From the NCBI GenBank assembly GCA_963666215.2, contig CAXWPL010000004.1, positions 352,001 through 416,000 on the forward strand: DNA of 64,000 nt, written 5' to 3'. Below, one piece after another: positions 50,445 to 60,404 of the stretch. The stretch's first letter is position 1; every line of letters begins with the position of its first letter. The notes under the pieces are model-generated. The model made no database searches, was not told the origin of the DNA, and saw only the letters and a program-made list of their open reading frames with translations. Made by a program: the position numbers and the translations under genes. Source of the DNA: Acidobacteriota bacterium (GTDB taxonomy: Bacteria; Acidobacteriota; UBA890; WLXD01).

Positions 50445-51893
50445 TCAGCGACCGGGATTCGCGGTCAGCCAGGCGCGCCAGCGGGCGGTTGCCTCCGATC
50501 GCCGATCGGCTGAGGTCATGGCGTCGAACCCGAAGTCCTGACCGGTCGCTGCTTCTAGCGCCTCGTTGGCCTCGGCTCGCAGCAGCCCGGGAGTGTCGCC
50601 CTCCATGAGCTGCAGGAGCGCGTCGTCGCCGAGGGTGTCGGACCGGCGCACCAGGCCCTCGGCCGCTCGCAACCGGGCCCACGGATCGGGTGCGTGGAAG
50701 GCGATCTCGTGTAACACGCTGGCCGCGTCTTCTCCGGCTACCTCACGCAGCGCGGCAACGTCATCCTCGCTGAAGTTGACCCTGCCGGTGGCCATGAGCT
50801 CGTGGATGTCGACGCCGGAAACGAGGATGACATTGACGACCTCGGCAGCTGTGCTGTCGCCGCTGCGCAGCTCTTCGAGCGCCGCGGCGACCCGCGCGCC
50901 ACCCGTTGCTGGCAGCGCACCCGCCGACGGACTCTTAGGATCCCCGGCGACGCCTGTCTCGCCGATCTCGGCGGACGCCCAGTTACCGATGGGCGAGGCG
51001 CCCACAGCGGCCCAGCCGGCAACCGCCACCACCAGCGCTCCCGCTCCCACCCGCGCCAGAGCCGCCACCGGCCGTGCGGCCATGAACGTGTAACGAACAG
51101 CCGCCGCCAACGCCAACGTGATGCCGAACGTACCGACAACCGCCGGGCCACTCGGCAAGTCGTAGCCGTACGACAGCGCGAGGCCGATCAGGCTCACGAG
51201 CGTCCCGGTGCTCCAGCCAATCACCAGTCGGGTGCGGATGTGCGTGGAAAACAACATGGCGATCACAGAAGGGACCACCAGGAACGAAAACACCAGCAGC
51301 ACGCCGGCCATCGCAACGCTCGAGGTGATCACGAACCCGAACGACATATAGAAGAAGAAGTCCCACAGCCGTACGTTCCATCCGGCTGCCTCGGCCTCGG
51401 TCGGGCGCATCGACAGCGTCAGGAAACGATCGCGGTAGATCCAGTGAAAGACGCCGATCACGGCGTAGATGGCGGCGGTAAGGAGGATCTTGCTCCACGG
51501 GACCCAGAGCAGGTTGCCGGCGAGCATCGCCTGGACGAACTCGGCTCCTTCAGGAGCCCGGTCGGCAATCAGGAGGGTGGTGGCGCTAGCGACCGCGAAC
51601 GTGATGCCAATGATCGCCTCCTGCGGAACCCGTTGATCCTTGAGCCGCGACAGCGAGAAGATCGCGGCGCCGATAAACGCGAAGATCAGCGAGTACACGT
51701 AGCCTGCCGTGCCGTGGGCGTCGTATCCGAGGAGGAAGGCGAAGGTGGCGCCCAGAGCGGCGATCTGTGCCAGAGCGAGGTCGACGAAAATGACGCCGCG
51801 CGACACCACGTGCAGTCCGAGGTAGGTGTGGATTCCCGTCAGCACGAGGCACGCCACGAAAGGTGGCAGCAAGATCTCGAGCGCGAGCTCCAA
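50445..51893 (-). CDS. Metal ABC permease (ZnuB/MntB-like) with a C-terminal HEAT-like extension
   Basis: HTYLGLHVVSRGVIFVDLALAQ, EAIIG, GVLLVFSFLVVP, DLPSG; tail LRAAEGL...LRAEANEALEAATGQDFG. Confidence 0.85.
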   Translation of the reverse strand: MELALEILLPPFVACLVLTGIHTYLGLHVVSRGVIFVDLALAQIAALGATFAFLLGYDAHGTAGYVYSLIFAFIGAAIFSLSRLKDQRVPQEAIIGITFAVASATTLLIADRAPEGAEFVQAMLAGNLLWVPWSKILLTAAIYAVIGVFHWIYRDRFLTLSMRPTEAEAAGWNVRLWDFFFYMSFGFVITSSVAMAGVLLVFSFLVVPSVIAMLFSTHIRTRLVIGWSTGTLVSLIGLALSYGYDLPSGPAVVGTFGITLALAAAVRYTFMAARPVAALARVGAGALVVAVAGWAAVGASPIGNWASAEIGETGVAGDPKSPSAGALPATGGARVAAALEELRSGDSTAAEVVNVILVSGVDIHELMATGRVNFSEDDVAALREVAGEDAASVLHEIAFHAPDPWARLRAAEGLVRRSDTLGDDALLQLMEGDTPGLLRAEANEALEAATGQDFGFDAMTSADRRSEATARWRAWLTANPGR

Positions 51894-51976
51894 CTTCTAT
51901 CTCCGGGAGTTGGGGATGCTGCGGGTCGTCGTGAGCCAACCAGCTTCTGGGCAAATCCAGACCACTGCGTACCTGT

Positions 51977-53068
51977 CTATCCCGCGCATGCCGGGGTGGC
52001 ACCGCGTAGCGTGCCGATCCACTCGTCGTACAGATCGAAAATGTCGCGCGACCCGGTGTCGGCTGCGGGATCCGGATAAAGAGGCACGATGAGCGCTGTG
52101 GCGCCCGTGCGCTCCGAGATGAGCTCGGGCACCTGACGATCAAAATAGTCCGCGACCCACAAGACGCCGATCTCCTCACGTCGCATCAGGTCGACGAGCT
52201 CGGCAACATGCGAGGCCGACGGCGGGATCCCTGGACGCCGCTCGACGTAGGAAGCAACCTCGATGCCGAACCGGTCCATGAGGTAGATCCAGTTCGTGTG
52301 GTACGCCACCACGCGCGTGCCCCGCAGGCACGAGGCGTCGGCCATCCAGCCGCCGAGTCGCTCCACGAGCGGACCGCCGCCAAGCGAAGTCGATTCCAGA
52401 AACGGCAGCAAGCGGTGGGCCATCTCGAGCTGCGCCAGCTTGTCGCCGCCAACAAGCTCAACGAGCTGGTCGCCGAAGAGGCGGCGGTGCAGCAGATCCT
52501 TGTAGGCCACGAAGCGCTGCTGGTACAGGCCAGCGTTATCGGGGTCGGCGCGTTGCAGCCCAACGCGGAGGTTGTCGGCAAGCATCACCGAGCGCAGGGG
52601 ATCGGTGTGAACGTGCGGGTTGCCGTAAATATGGATGTCCCCGCCCGCCCGGCTGGGGTCGTCGGGCACCTCGAGCATGGGCACGCCCTGGGCCATTGCC
52701 ACGAAGCCCGGTTCGCCCGGCCTCACTCGCGGGTTGCGCGACTTGTCGACCACTGGCGCCAGCCACAGCTCCATGTCGAGCCCGGTCGAGATCAGCAGGT
52801 CGGCGCGGCTGAGCTCGATCGAGTAACTCGGCTTCGCCTGCACGAAGTGCGCGTCCTGGTGGGCGCTGGCAATCGACATGATCGTAGCGTCGTCGGCCAG
52901 CAAATGCCGAGCGATGGCCTCGTAGGCCGTTAGCGTGGCGACAACCTTGATCCCCTGATAGGCCGCGTTGGCGACACCATGCGCACTCACCGCGCACAAA
53001 GTCACCGTGGCCAGTGCTACGACCATGAATCGAGATTGCCTGAATCCTCTGGGATGCATGGGCATCAA
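51977..53068 (-). CDS. Metal ABC substrate-binding protein (ZnuA/TroA-like)
   Basis: QDAHF, GDIHIYGNPH, AYH, PGIPPS..H. Confidence 0.88.
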   Translation of the reverse strand: MMPMHPRGFRQSRFMVVALATVTLCAVSAHGVANAAYQGIKVVATLTAYEAIARHLLADDATIMSIASAHQDAHFVQAKPSYSIELSRADLLISTGLDMELWLAPVVDKSRNPRVRPGEPGFVAMAQGVPMLEVPDDPSRAGGDIHIYGNPHVHTDPLRSVMLADNLRVGLQRADPDNAGLYQQRFVAYKDLLHRRLFGDQLVELVGGDKLAQLEMAHRLLPFLESTSLGGGPLVERLGGWMADASCLRGTRVVAYHTNWIYLMDRFGIEVASYVERRPGIPPSASHVAELVDLMRREEIGVLWVADYFDRQVPELISERTGATALIVPLYPDPAADTGSRDIFDLYDEWIGTLRGATPACAG

Positions 53069-54603
53069 TACTTTTCGTGCTTATGAGGACCGAGGGCCCA
53101 AATCACCTGGAGAGAGAAACGGTTGTCGTGGTCGTCCTCCTCGAAACGTCGTGAACCATAAGAGTACTGGAAACGGAACTTCGCCCACTCGCTTTGCCAC
53201 CACTCCGCATACGGACTGACGCCCCACATGCTCTCGCCGGGCTCGCTCGGCAGCTCGGTGTAGTCACCCCGCACGCCGAGGCTCCAGCGCGGCCCGACCT
53301 TGCGTGTTCCATAGAGGTATCCGCCCCAACTGCCGAGGATGCCGCCCGGTCCGTCGCGGCGCTCGTACAGAACCTCACCGCGCAGCTCGAGTCCTTTATA
53401 AAGAGCCTCGGCCGGTGGCGACCAACCGAGGTTGATGTCGGCACCCATGACCCAGCTGCGGAAGTCGCCAGCGGCATCGTTAACGCCGGTCGCGGCCGAC
53501 AGGCCGAGCTCGAGGTAGGTCGCCTGCGACAGGTCCCAGTAGTTGGTCTCGTGCACCGTGATCACGGGCGCGTCGAAGCCGCGGCCCGAGAACGCGACGT
53601 CGTTGTCGTCGTTGGTGACCTGGATCCACAGCTCGTTGTAGTCGCCAAGGAAGGTAGGCGGCAGCCACGACAGCGAAACACCGAGGCCGGCCAAGCCGTC
53701 CTCGCCGAGGAACGCCTGATGCACCAGCGGGCGGCCAGTTTGCGGCAATGCGTGATGATGCCAGCGGTTCAACTTGCCGAAGTCGTTGCGAAAACGTCCG
53801 AACTTGACCCCAAGCCCGCCGGGGAGCGTCGTCCAGTCGATGTAGAGCTCCTCGACACCGAATTCGCCTTCCTCTTCTACAAGGAAGGCGCGCGCCTGAG
53901 AGTACGGATCGAGCGGCGCCTGCAAGGCCATCTCGAACTCGCCGAGCGTGAACTGGTTCACCTCCGGGTCACCCGTTCGATCGGCCCAGGCACCGAACAC
54001 GTCGCCAGTAACCGAGATCTCCGGATTGAGCTCACGCATGTTGCGCGACCTGTCGGTGAATCTTCGTTGGTCGGCAGGCGCTGGCTGTGCCGGCGCGACT
54101 CCCCCCTGCGGCTGGCTGTCGATGTTGGCGAGCGCGCGAGCAAGCTCGTCCCGCAAGGCCGCCTCGTCCGCGGCTTTCGCCTCCTCTGTGTGCTCCGACA
54201 GTGGGACAAGCTGCGGCGCCGGCTCCTCGCCATGCCGCTCGGCAGGCTCCGGTGACTCCTCTCGGCTGACCGCGAGCCGCCGCTCCAGCTCCTGGAGTCG
54301 GGCTTCGAAGCGTTCATTCAAACCCTGAAACGAGAGCTCCAGCGCAGCTACGCGCGCCTCGAGGGCGACGATACGCTCGGCGCGCTCGGTGTCATCTTGC
54401 TGCGCCGCCACGGTTGTCGGCTCTGCGACCGCCGTCCCCGGGCCAATCCCAATCCCGAGCCCGACCCCTAGAGCCAGCCCAAGTCTGACGAGGCCGATCA
54501 GCCGGCCGCCGCTGGCGGCGCGGCGCATTCGGCGTGTTCGGCGCCAGCGTGGTGCTGGCGTGCGCGGCTGACACGGTGTCCGATTCGGTGCCCAAAACAT
54601 CAT
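53065..54603 (-). CDS. Outer-membrane porin-like protein of a metal uptake locus
   Basis: Signal peptide, coiled coil, LNPEISV.GD, FGKLNRWHHH, C-terminal LGPHKHEKY. Confidence 0.72.
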   Translation of the reverse strand: MMFWAPNRTPCQPRTPAPRWRRTRRMRRAASGGRLIGLVRLGLALGVGLGIGIGPGTAVAEPTTVAAQQDDTERAERIVALEARVAALELSFQGLNERFEARLQELERRLAVSREESPEPAERHGEEPAPQLVPLSEHTEEAKAADEAALRDELARALANIDSQPQGGVAPAQPAPADQRRFTDRSRNMRELNPEISVTGDVFGAWADRTGDPEVNQFTLGEFEMALQAPLDPYSQARAFLVEEEGEFGVEELYIDWTTLPGGLGVKFGRFRNDFGKLNRWHHHALPQTGRPLVHQAFLGEDGLAGLGVSLSWLPPTFLGDYNELWIQVTNDDNDVAFSGRGFDAPVITVHETNYWDLSQATYLELGLSAATGVNDAAGDFRSWVMGADINLGWSPPAEALYKGLELRGEVLYERRDGPGGILGSWGGYLYGTRKVGPRWSLGVRGDYTELPSEPGESMWGVSPYAEWWQSEWAKFRFQYSYGSRRFEEDDHDNRFSLQVIWALGPHKHEKY

Positions 54604-54819
54604 CGGGTCGACTCCTGCAAGGCAAGTGAAACGAAGATTTATCGTGAATTCTGATCATGGCACGCACACCCGTCTGCAACACGGTCGCTTATTGCCTGAA
54701 CCACGTCACAGCCACACAGCCGGCGGATGACAACAGCGTCGGCGACGCCCGGCTCGCGAGTCGATGACGATCGCGGCGGCGGCGACAATCACCAAAGCAC
54801 AGGCCACCGCGGGGCGGCC

Positions 54820-55075
54820 TCAGCGCAGGGGCAGGCTGCGGAAGCGCCGCACACCCACCAAGGTCGGAAACACCAGCCAAGCCGCCCAGCCCACGGCGAG
54901 GGGAAGCGTGCTGGATGCGCCGGCGTCGCCCACCGCAGCGGCGCCCCCGGTGTCAGCTCGCTCGGAAGTGCCGACACCGGGCGTCGCCGAAACCAACGCC
55001 GCCAGACGGAACAGATCCACCGGATCCAGCGCTAGGAGCCAGGCGGCGGATCGCTCGACGGTCACGCCACCGAAG
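54820..55075 (-). pseudogene. ABC-2/NosY-like permease 3' fragment
   Basis: WLLALDPVDLFRLAAL...WAAWLVFPTLVGVRRF. Confidence 0.45.
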
Positions 55076-55430
55076 CTCCACCTGCCCCTGGGATCTGGCA
55101 TGGGCATGGGCATGGCCTCGGTGGGGACGGGACCAACTAAACAAGGATAATCGGACATAGGAGTAGGTTATTGTCAATCCGCATGGGCCATCTCTCACCG
55201 AAGATGTCGCCTACCTCCACGAGCTGACACACAGCTACGCTGATGCGGCCGACGTGCCGGTGCTGGCCGCGGCCAGCACCGGCGGCGGCTACTAGTGCAT
55301 CCAGGACGAGACAAACGGGCTCTGTGCCGGCCCAGCGCTGGCTCCTGGACCTCGACCAGCCCTAGCAGCCCGTGGTGGACCGGGGCATCCGCCGTGGGCT
55401 GAGATCTCGTCGGCCGGTCGGGGAACGTTG

Positions 55431-55695
55431 TTATCGCGTCGCGTTACCGCTGTCGTCCACCAACACGACGAGCCAGCGGCCAGCGTAGGAGCTCGGATCG
55501 ATATCCGAGATCCGCGCGGCCTTCCTTCCTTGCGGCGTCAGGACCGTGATCTCGACATCCACAAGGCCCTCCCGCGGGAGCCCGAAGTGAACGGGCATGG
55601 CGTTCTGAGAGTTGTAGCCGGAGCCGGTATCGACGATGCCCGTGCCCAACAGCTTGCCGCTCGCGTCGAACAGCCGCACTTCGGCCCCGGCGCGC
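55431..55695 (-). pseudogene. ASPIC/UnbV (CRTAC1-like) C-terminal fragment
   Basis: RAGAEVRLF...VDTGSGYNSQNAMPVHFGL. Confidence 0.75.
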
Positions 55696-55874
55696 CCTGC
55701 GTACCCGGACCGCGCCCGATGACCGGCGCCACATCGAGAACAGACAAGTAGCCGGCGCTCACCAACTCCGCCGCGACCTCACGCGGCTCGTCTCCGAAGT
55801 TGACAACCACCTGGTTGAAGCGGCGCGCGACCACTCCGTCGAACGTGTCGAGTGCCTCTCGAAGAATCGAGATC

Positions 55875-56297
55875 GACCTCACGGCGATAAACACGTACGC
55901 CTGTGTCCTCGTAGCTCAGCTCGGTGCTCCACTCGCTGTCGGCGCCGCCAGCCTGCGAGATGTGAACGCGCGCGTGGAAGCTCTCGAAGGCCCAGTCGCC
56001 GTCAATTTCCAGACTGTCGCTCTTGTACACGAACTGTGACTCGGCTTCGCGGAACAACGAGCGGTAGTACGCGGCGATGGCGCCAAGGTTGCGCAGCGGC
56101 TCGACCGAGTCGAGATGCAGTGCAGGGCCGGATGCGAACCCGGCCATGACTTCCGCCAGGTCTCCGTCGTTGAGGGCCTCGACCCATTCGCTGCTGAGCT
56201 CGATGATGCTCGCCCGATCGGGATCGGCCGCGGCATGAACGCCAGGAGTCGCGACGAGGGCTACTAGAAGGACGGCGGCCAGGAGGCTCTTCCGCAT
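55875..56297 (-). pseudogene. Secreted DUF4440/NTF2-like protein, 3'-truncated
   Basis: Signal peptide, WVEALNDGD, DGDWAFE, GVRVYRR, then unrelated sequence. Confidence 0.65.
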
Positions 56298-56662
56298 GAG
56301 GGTGTGCTCCACTGGGGATATACAGGGAGATCCGGACTGCGAGCCGCCTGGACACGGCGGCTCGCGAATGCCTTCCGTACCATCTATGACGCGTCGAACC
56401 CTTTCCGGGTTTCCGACAAATTTGCCTGCGGGTCCGCGGATCCGATCTTCTGAGCACTCATCGCGATCACACGCCGGCGCTGATCACGGTGCCCGCGCAG
56501 CCAGAGGCCGGGCGGGGCAGGCTTTCCGCCTGTTGCCCGAGCAGCTTTCGAAACCGTAGGTGACGCCGCCGTGAGAGCTTTTGCGTTCGATCTGCCGGGG
56601 ACCGAAGGAAGGGTCGAGGGCCGGAGGAAGAACCAGATCGCGGGGCAGGTAGCGCGTGATCT

Positions 56663-57451
56663 TCATCGAGCCGCCGCACCGATTGCGATCGGCCGCGTGG
56701 CAACGTTCGCCACCGCCGCGCGAGGAACGCGGCCGAATCTCCTTTGACGACTCGCGAGCTCGGTGAGTGCCGCCTCGAGATCGGGCTCGCCGAAGTCGGG
56801 CCACAGGGTGTCGACAAAGTGAAGCTCTGCGTAGGCGCACTCCCACAGCAGAAAATCGCTCAGCCGCTTCTCGCCGCTCGTGCGGACAAGGAGGTCGACT
56901 GGCGGCGCGCTGCCGAGCGGATGATTCACATGCTGAAGCGCGGCCTCGAGCTCTTCGGGGTTGCCGCTAACCACGAGGCGCGCGGCCTTGGCAAGTTGCT
57001 CCCTGGCTGAGTAGTCGACCGCCAGACGGAGGTTCATCCCGCGGCAGCCGGCAGTGGCGTTCTCGCAGGTCTCGATCGCGCGAATGACCTCGCGGCCCAA
57101 CCGATGGCGATGGCCGATTACCTGGACGCGCACGCCGTGGCGTAGACAGGTAGGAATCTCCTCCACCAGAAAACGTCGGAAGAGAGCCATCAGCGCGCGG
57201 ATCTCGGCCTTTGGCCGCTGCCAGTTGTCGCAAGAAAACGCGTAGAGAGTCAGCGTTCCCACGCCCTGTCGGGCGGCGCTCTCGACCACCCGTCGAACGG
57301 CTCTCGCTCCCTCCCGATGCCCGGCAGATCGAGCCAGTCCACGACTCTCGGCCCAGCGACCGTTGCCGTCCATGATCAGCGCGACATGCGGCAGTCTCGA
57401 CGTTTGAGAAGTACTTTTTATTGCAAAGTTATCATGCAAAAAAAGGGGCAC
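56663..57451 (-). CDS. uppS: cis-prenyltransferase (UppS-like); start codon uncertain
   Basis: HVALIMDGNGRWA, GH..G, YAFSCDNWQRP, RTSGEKRLSDFLLWE, RRFG. Confidence 0.9.
   Translation of the reverse strand: MPLFLHDNFAIKSTSQTSRLPHVALIMDGNGRWAESRGLARSAGHREGARAVRRVVESAARQGVGTLTLYAFSCDNWQRPKAEIRALMALFRRFLVEEIPTCLRHGVRVQVIGHRHRLGREVIRAIETCENATAGCRGMNLRLAVDYSAREQLAKAARLVVSGNPEELEAALQHVNHPLGSAPPVDLLVRTSGEKRLSDFLLWECAYAELHFVDTLWPDFGEPDLEAALTELASRQRRFGRVPRAAVANVATRPIAIGAAAR
57409..57430. promoter_or_regulatory. Palindromic operator copy 1 (uppS 5' end)
   Basis: AAGTACTTTTTATTGCAAAGTT, with ACTTT-N7-AAAGT core. Confidence 0.68.
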
Positions 57452-57466
57452 CGGAACCCGGGTGCT

Positions 57467-57868
57467 CTACTGCTCAGTTCGGGTGGCATCGATCAGCTTC
57501 TCCATGTGGTTGAGATATCGATCCAGGGCACGACGTCCTTTCGTCTCGATTCGATATTCGGTTTTCGGGCGTCTGCCCTCGAACGACTTGATACAACAGA
57601 TGAGTCCAGCCTTCTCCAACTTTCTGGCGTGAACACTGAGGTTCCCGTCGGTCGCTGCCAGCAGGGTCTTGAGCTCACCGAACGTCATCGACGGATGGAC
57701 GCAAAGGGCGCTCAGGATGCCCAGCCGTACGCGTCCTTGGATCAGACGGTCTTCGGGCTTCTCGCCGCGTCCCGCGGCGTAGCTGGCGACGCTTTTCAGG
57801 CGACTCGCGCTGCCCTGCTCGCTCTTCGTAGCCACTTCCGATTGAACCTTCCTTCTCGCCCTAGCCAC
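57467..57868 (-). CDS. Winged-helix (MarR-like/HTH_34) transcriptional regulator
   Basis: RLGILSAL, FGELK..L..TDGNLSVHARKLE, KSFEGRRPKTEY; GTG overlaps the upstream stop. Confidence 0.88.
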   Translation of the reverse strand: MARARRKVQSEVATKSEQGSASRLKSVASYAAGRGEKPEDRLIQGRVRLGILSALCVHPSMTFGELKTLLAATDGNLSVHARKLEKAGLICCIKSFEGRRPKTEYRIETKGRRALDRYLNHMEKLIDATRTEQ

Positions 57869-58514
57869 CGTGGCGCCTCGCAATCCACAGTCCGAAGATC
57901 ACGTGGAGAGCGCCGAAGCCCAGGCCGAGGAGCCAACTCGCCCACGATGTGGGAGCTATCAACGCGATGGCGCCGAGAAACATGCACAGCCCACCCATGA
58001 TTGGCACAGAACGAACCGACGAGGTGCCGCCGGCAACGGTGCCAGCGCCGTAGAGCAGCAGCCACATCGCAGGCAACAGCGACATGGTGCTGGGGTCTGC
58101 CCGATACACAGCCGGTGTCATCAGCGCGCCCACGAGAATGGGGGGGAAGAGTCCGAAGAGAAGCCGGCGGCCGGCGTGCCCGGTGAGCGAGGTGCCTTGT
58201 CGCGTACATTTGCGCCACGCCGCCACTCCTCCGATCGGCACAGCCACACACGCCGCGACGAGCCAAATTCGGAGCCAAGCTGCGGGAGAACCGGGGGTGG
58301 CAGCCGCCGTCTCTAAATCCCCGGCCACCAACGCGGCTGTGACACCGACGATCCCCATGCCAACACCGCCCCAGCCCGGCACCGCGGTGAAAACACCCGC
58401 CGCCGCCATCGTTCCGCGAATGAAACTGAGGTTCCGCGCCGCGTGTTGATGCAGATGCGAGGGCGACTCATGGTCATCGAGTCGCTTGTCGGGTGCGTCG
58501 ACCGTCTGAAGCAT
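57861..58514 (-). CDS. Conserved-looking multi-TM membrane protein
   Basis: AARNLSFIRGTM, FTAVPGWG, WLLLYG, GFGALHVIFG..IARRHGG. Confidence 0.75.
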   Translation of the reverse strand: MLQTVDAPDKRLDDHESPSHLHQHAARNLSFIRGTMAAAGVFTAVPGWGGVGMGIVGVTAALVAGDLETAAATPGSPAAWLRIWLVAACVAVPIGGVAAWRKCTRQGTSLTGHAGRRLLFGLFPPILVGALMTPAVYRADPSTMSLLPAMWLLLYGAGTVAGGTSSVRSVPIMGGLCMFLGAIALIAPTSWASWLLGLGFGALHVIFGLWIARRHGG

Positions 58515-58547
58515 GTGACAAGAATAGACGATCCTTCTGAAATATCA

Positions 58548-58569
58548 AAGTACTTCTCTTTACAAAGTT
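58548..58569. promoter_or_regulatory. Palindromic operator copy 2 (operon promoter)
   Basis: AAGTACTTCTCTTTACAAAGTT, 18/22 identical to copy 1. Confidence 0.68.
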
Positions 58570-58620
58570 TGAGGATCGGAGGGACCGCGGCAATCGACGG
58601 CCTGGCCGGACGCTCAGTGG

Positions 58621-58911
58621 AACCCGGAGGGAGCCTGGTATTCGTACGACGATGAGACGTGCGACTACGACTGCATGGGCTCGGAGTACATCTACTGGGC
58701 CTTCACGTCGTTCCTGGGCGCGCAGGACATTCCCGGCCGCCTCGAGCAGGTGGGACACGAGTGGAAGTTGACCACGCGAGCCCTGCTCGAGGAGCGCGAC
58801 CCCACGGTTTTCGAGATTTTCAGCCGTCCGGAATACAAGCTTCCGAGTGTGACGCCGGACGGCAGGTACAGCGGCCGGGAGCTCGTGATCGAGCCCTACA
58901 CTCATCGATAG
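58621..58911 (+). pseudogene. 3' fragment of an uncharacterised protein
   Basis: PEGAWYSYDDETCDYDCMGSEYIYWAFTS...LPSVTPDGRY with strong GC3 bias and no 5' part. Confidence 0.55.
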
Positions 58912-58935
58912 AGGCTCCGTAGCCAAGGAAAAGCC

Positions 58936-60310
58936 ATGAGATTTCGAGGAAAGATCCTGCTGCCCTGCGTGATCCTCGCCCTGACGAGCGTGAGCTCGTA
59001 TGCAAGTACCCAGCAACTGCCACGGCGGACGGCGGATACCGACGCCGAGGCCGTCCGCCTGATGCGCAACGAGAAGCTCGACCTGATTCTGCCGGGGGCG
59101 TTACGCGACAACGGCGTGGACATGTGGATCCACGTCACCCGTGGCGACGACCCCGATCCTCTGGCGCTGCAGTTCGGTCGCACCGCGGGCTACTTGATCT
59201 TCACCGACCGTGGTGACCGCATCGAGCGCGCCGTGTTCGGCCGCGGCGGCGCCGTTGAGAAGATCGACGTGCGCGGCTCGGCCGAGCTCGGCCTGGCGAT
59301 CTCGGGCTACGACCACCCGCCCGGCGTCTACGGCGAGATCACGCGCTTCGTCGAGGAGCGAGATCCGCAGGTGATCGCGGTGAACACGTCGGAGATGGAA
59401 ACCGTTGCCGATGGCATCTCCCACTCCGAGTACCTGAAGCTCGAGCGCATCCTGGGTCCTAACTACAGTGCCCGCATCGTCTCGGCCGAAGGTGTGATTC
59501 GCGACTTCCTGCTGCGACGCACCGCCCGCGAGGTCGCCGCTCAGGTGGAGGTGCTGGCGCTCGCTCGCCAGCGTGCCAAGGAAAACCTCTCCAAGGTCGT
59601 CCCTGGCGTGACGACGATCGCCGACATCAACGCCCGCGTCTACTACTCGGCCGTCAACCCGCCCGAAGAGACAGTCCCGATCTCCACACCCGACGTCCGT
59701 TGGTTCATCCACAACCCCGACTACGTGCTGCAACGCGGTGACCTGTTCGTTGGCGGCGGCGAAGGTCCGGGCGGCGAGTACATGGGCTTCGGTGTCGACA
59801 CCAAGATCCACGCCTACATCCTGCGCGAGGGCGCGACCAAGGTCCCAGACTTCCTACAAGATGTGTACGAGAAGGCCATCACCGGGCAGTGGATTCTGCG
59901 CGACCACTTTGAAGGTCGGCATGACCGCCAAGGAATCCCTCGATGCGATGGTCGTCGCGATGGAGGCTGAGGGCTACGTCTACACACCCTTCCGAGATAT
60001 CGGCACGCAGGACTACGAAATGATCCAGGAGCCGCTAGCCGGCACCGACAAGCCCGGCTTCTCGATCGACAACCACGCCTTCGGCAACTACGGCGATATG
60101 GGGCCGTCGATGGCCGCGTTCCGCTCCAACACCCATGACCAGCGGATCCAGGACAACCACCTGTTCGCCTTCGAGTACATGGTGCACATGAACATCGCCG
60201 AGCGCCCCGGCTACCCGCTTGCCTTCAACATCTCGAACCCGCAGCTCATCACCAGCAAGGGCGTCGAGTTCATCCAGCCGCTCAACGAGGAGATCTTCCT
60301 GATTCACTGA
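58936..60310 (+). CDS. Secreted M24-like protein (paralog of 40838..42289); frameshift near 59909
   Basis: LPGALRDNGVDMWI, RDPQVIAVN, DGISH, AYILREG; an extra T in CACTTTGAAG splits the ORF. Confidence 0.75.
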
Positions 60311-60404
60311 GCGGGCAGTTGCTTGGGAGCCGCGCCGGAAACTCGAATCAGCGTGCCTGTGGGCCGGCCCATCGCACTACAATTCGAGCCGAGGAGAGGA
60401 ACGG

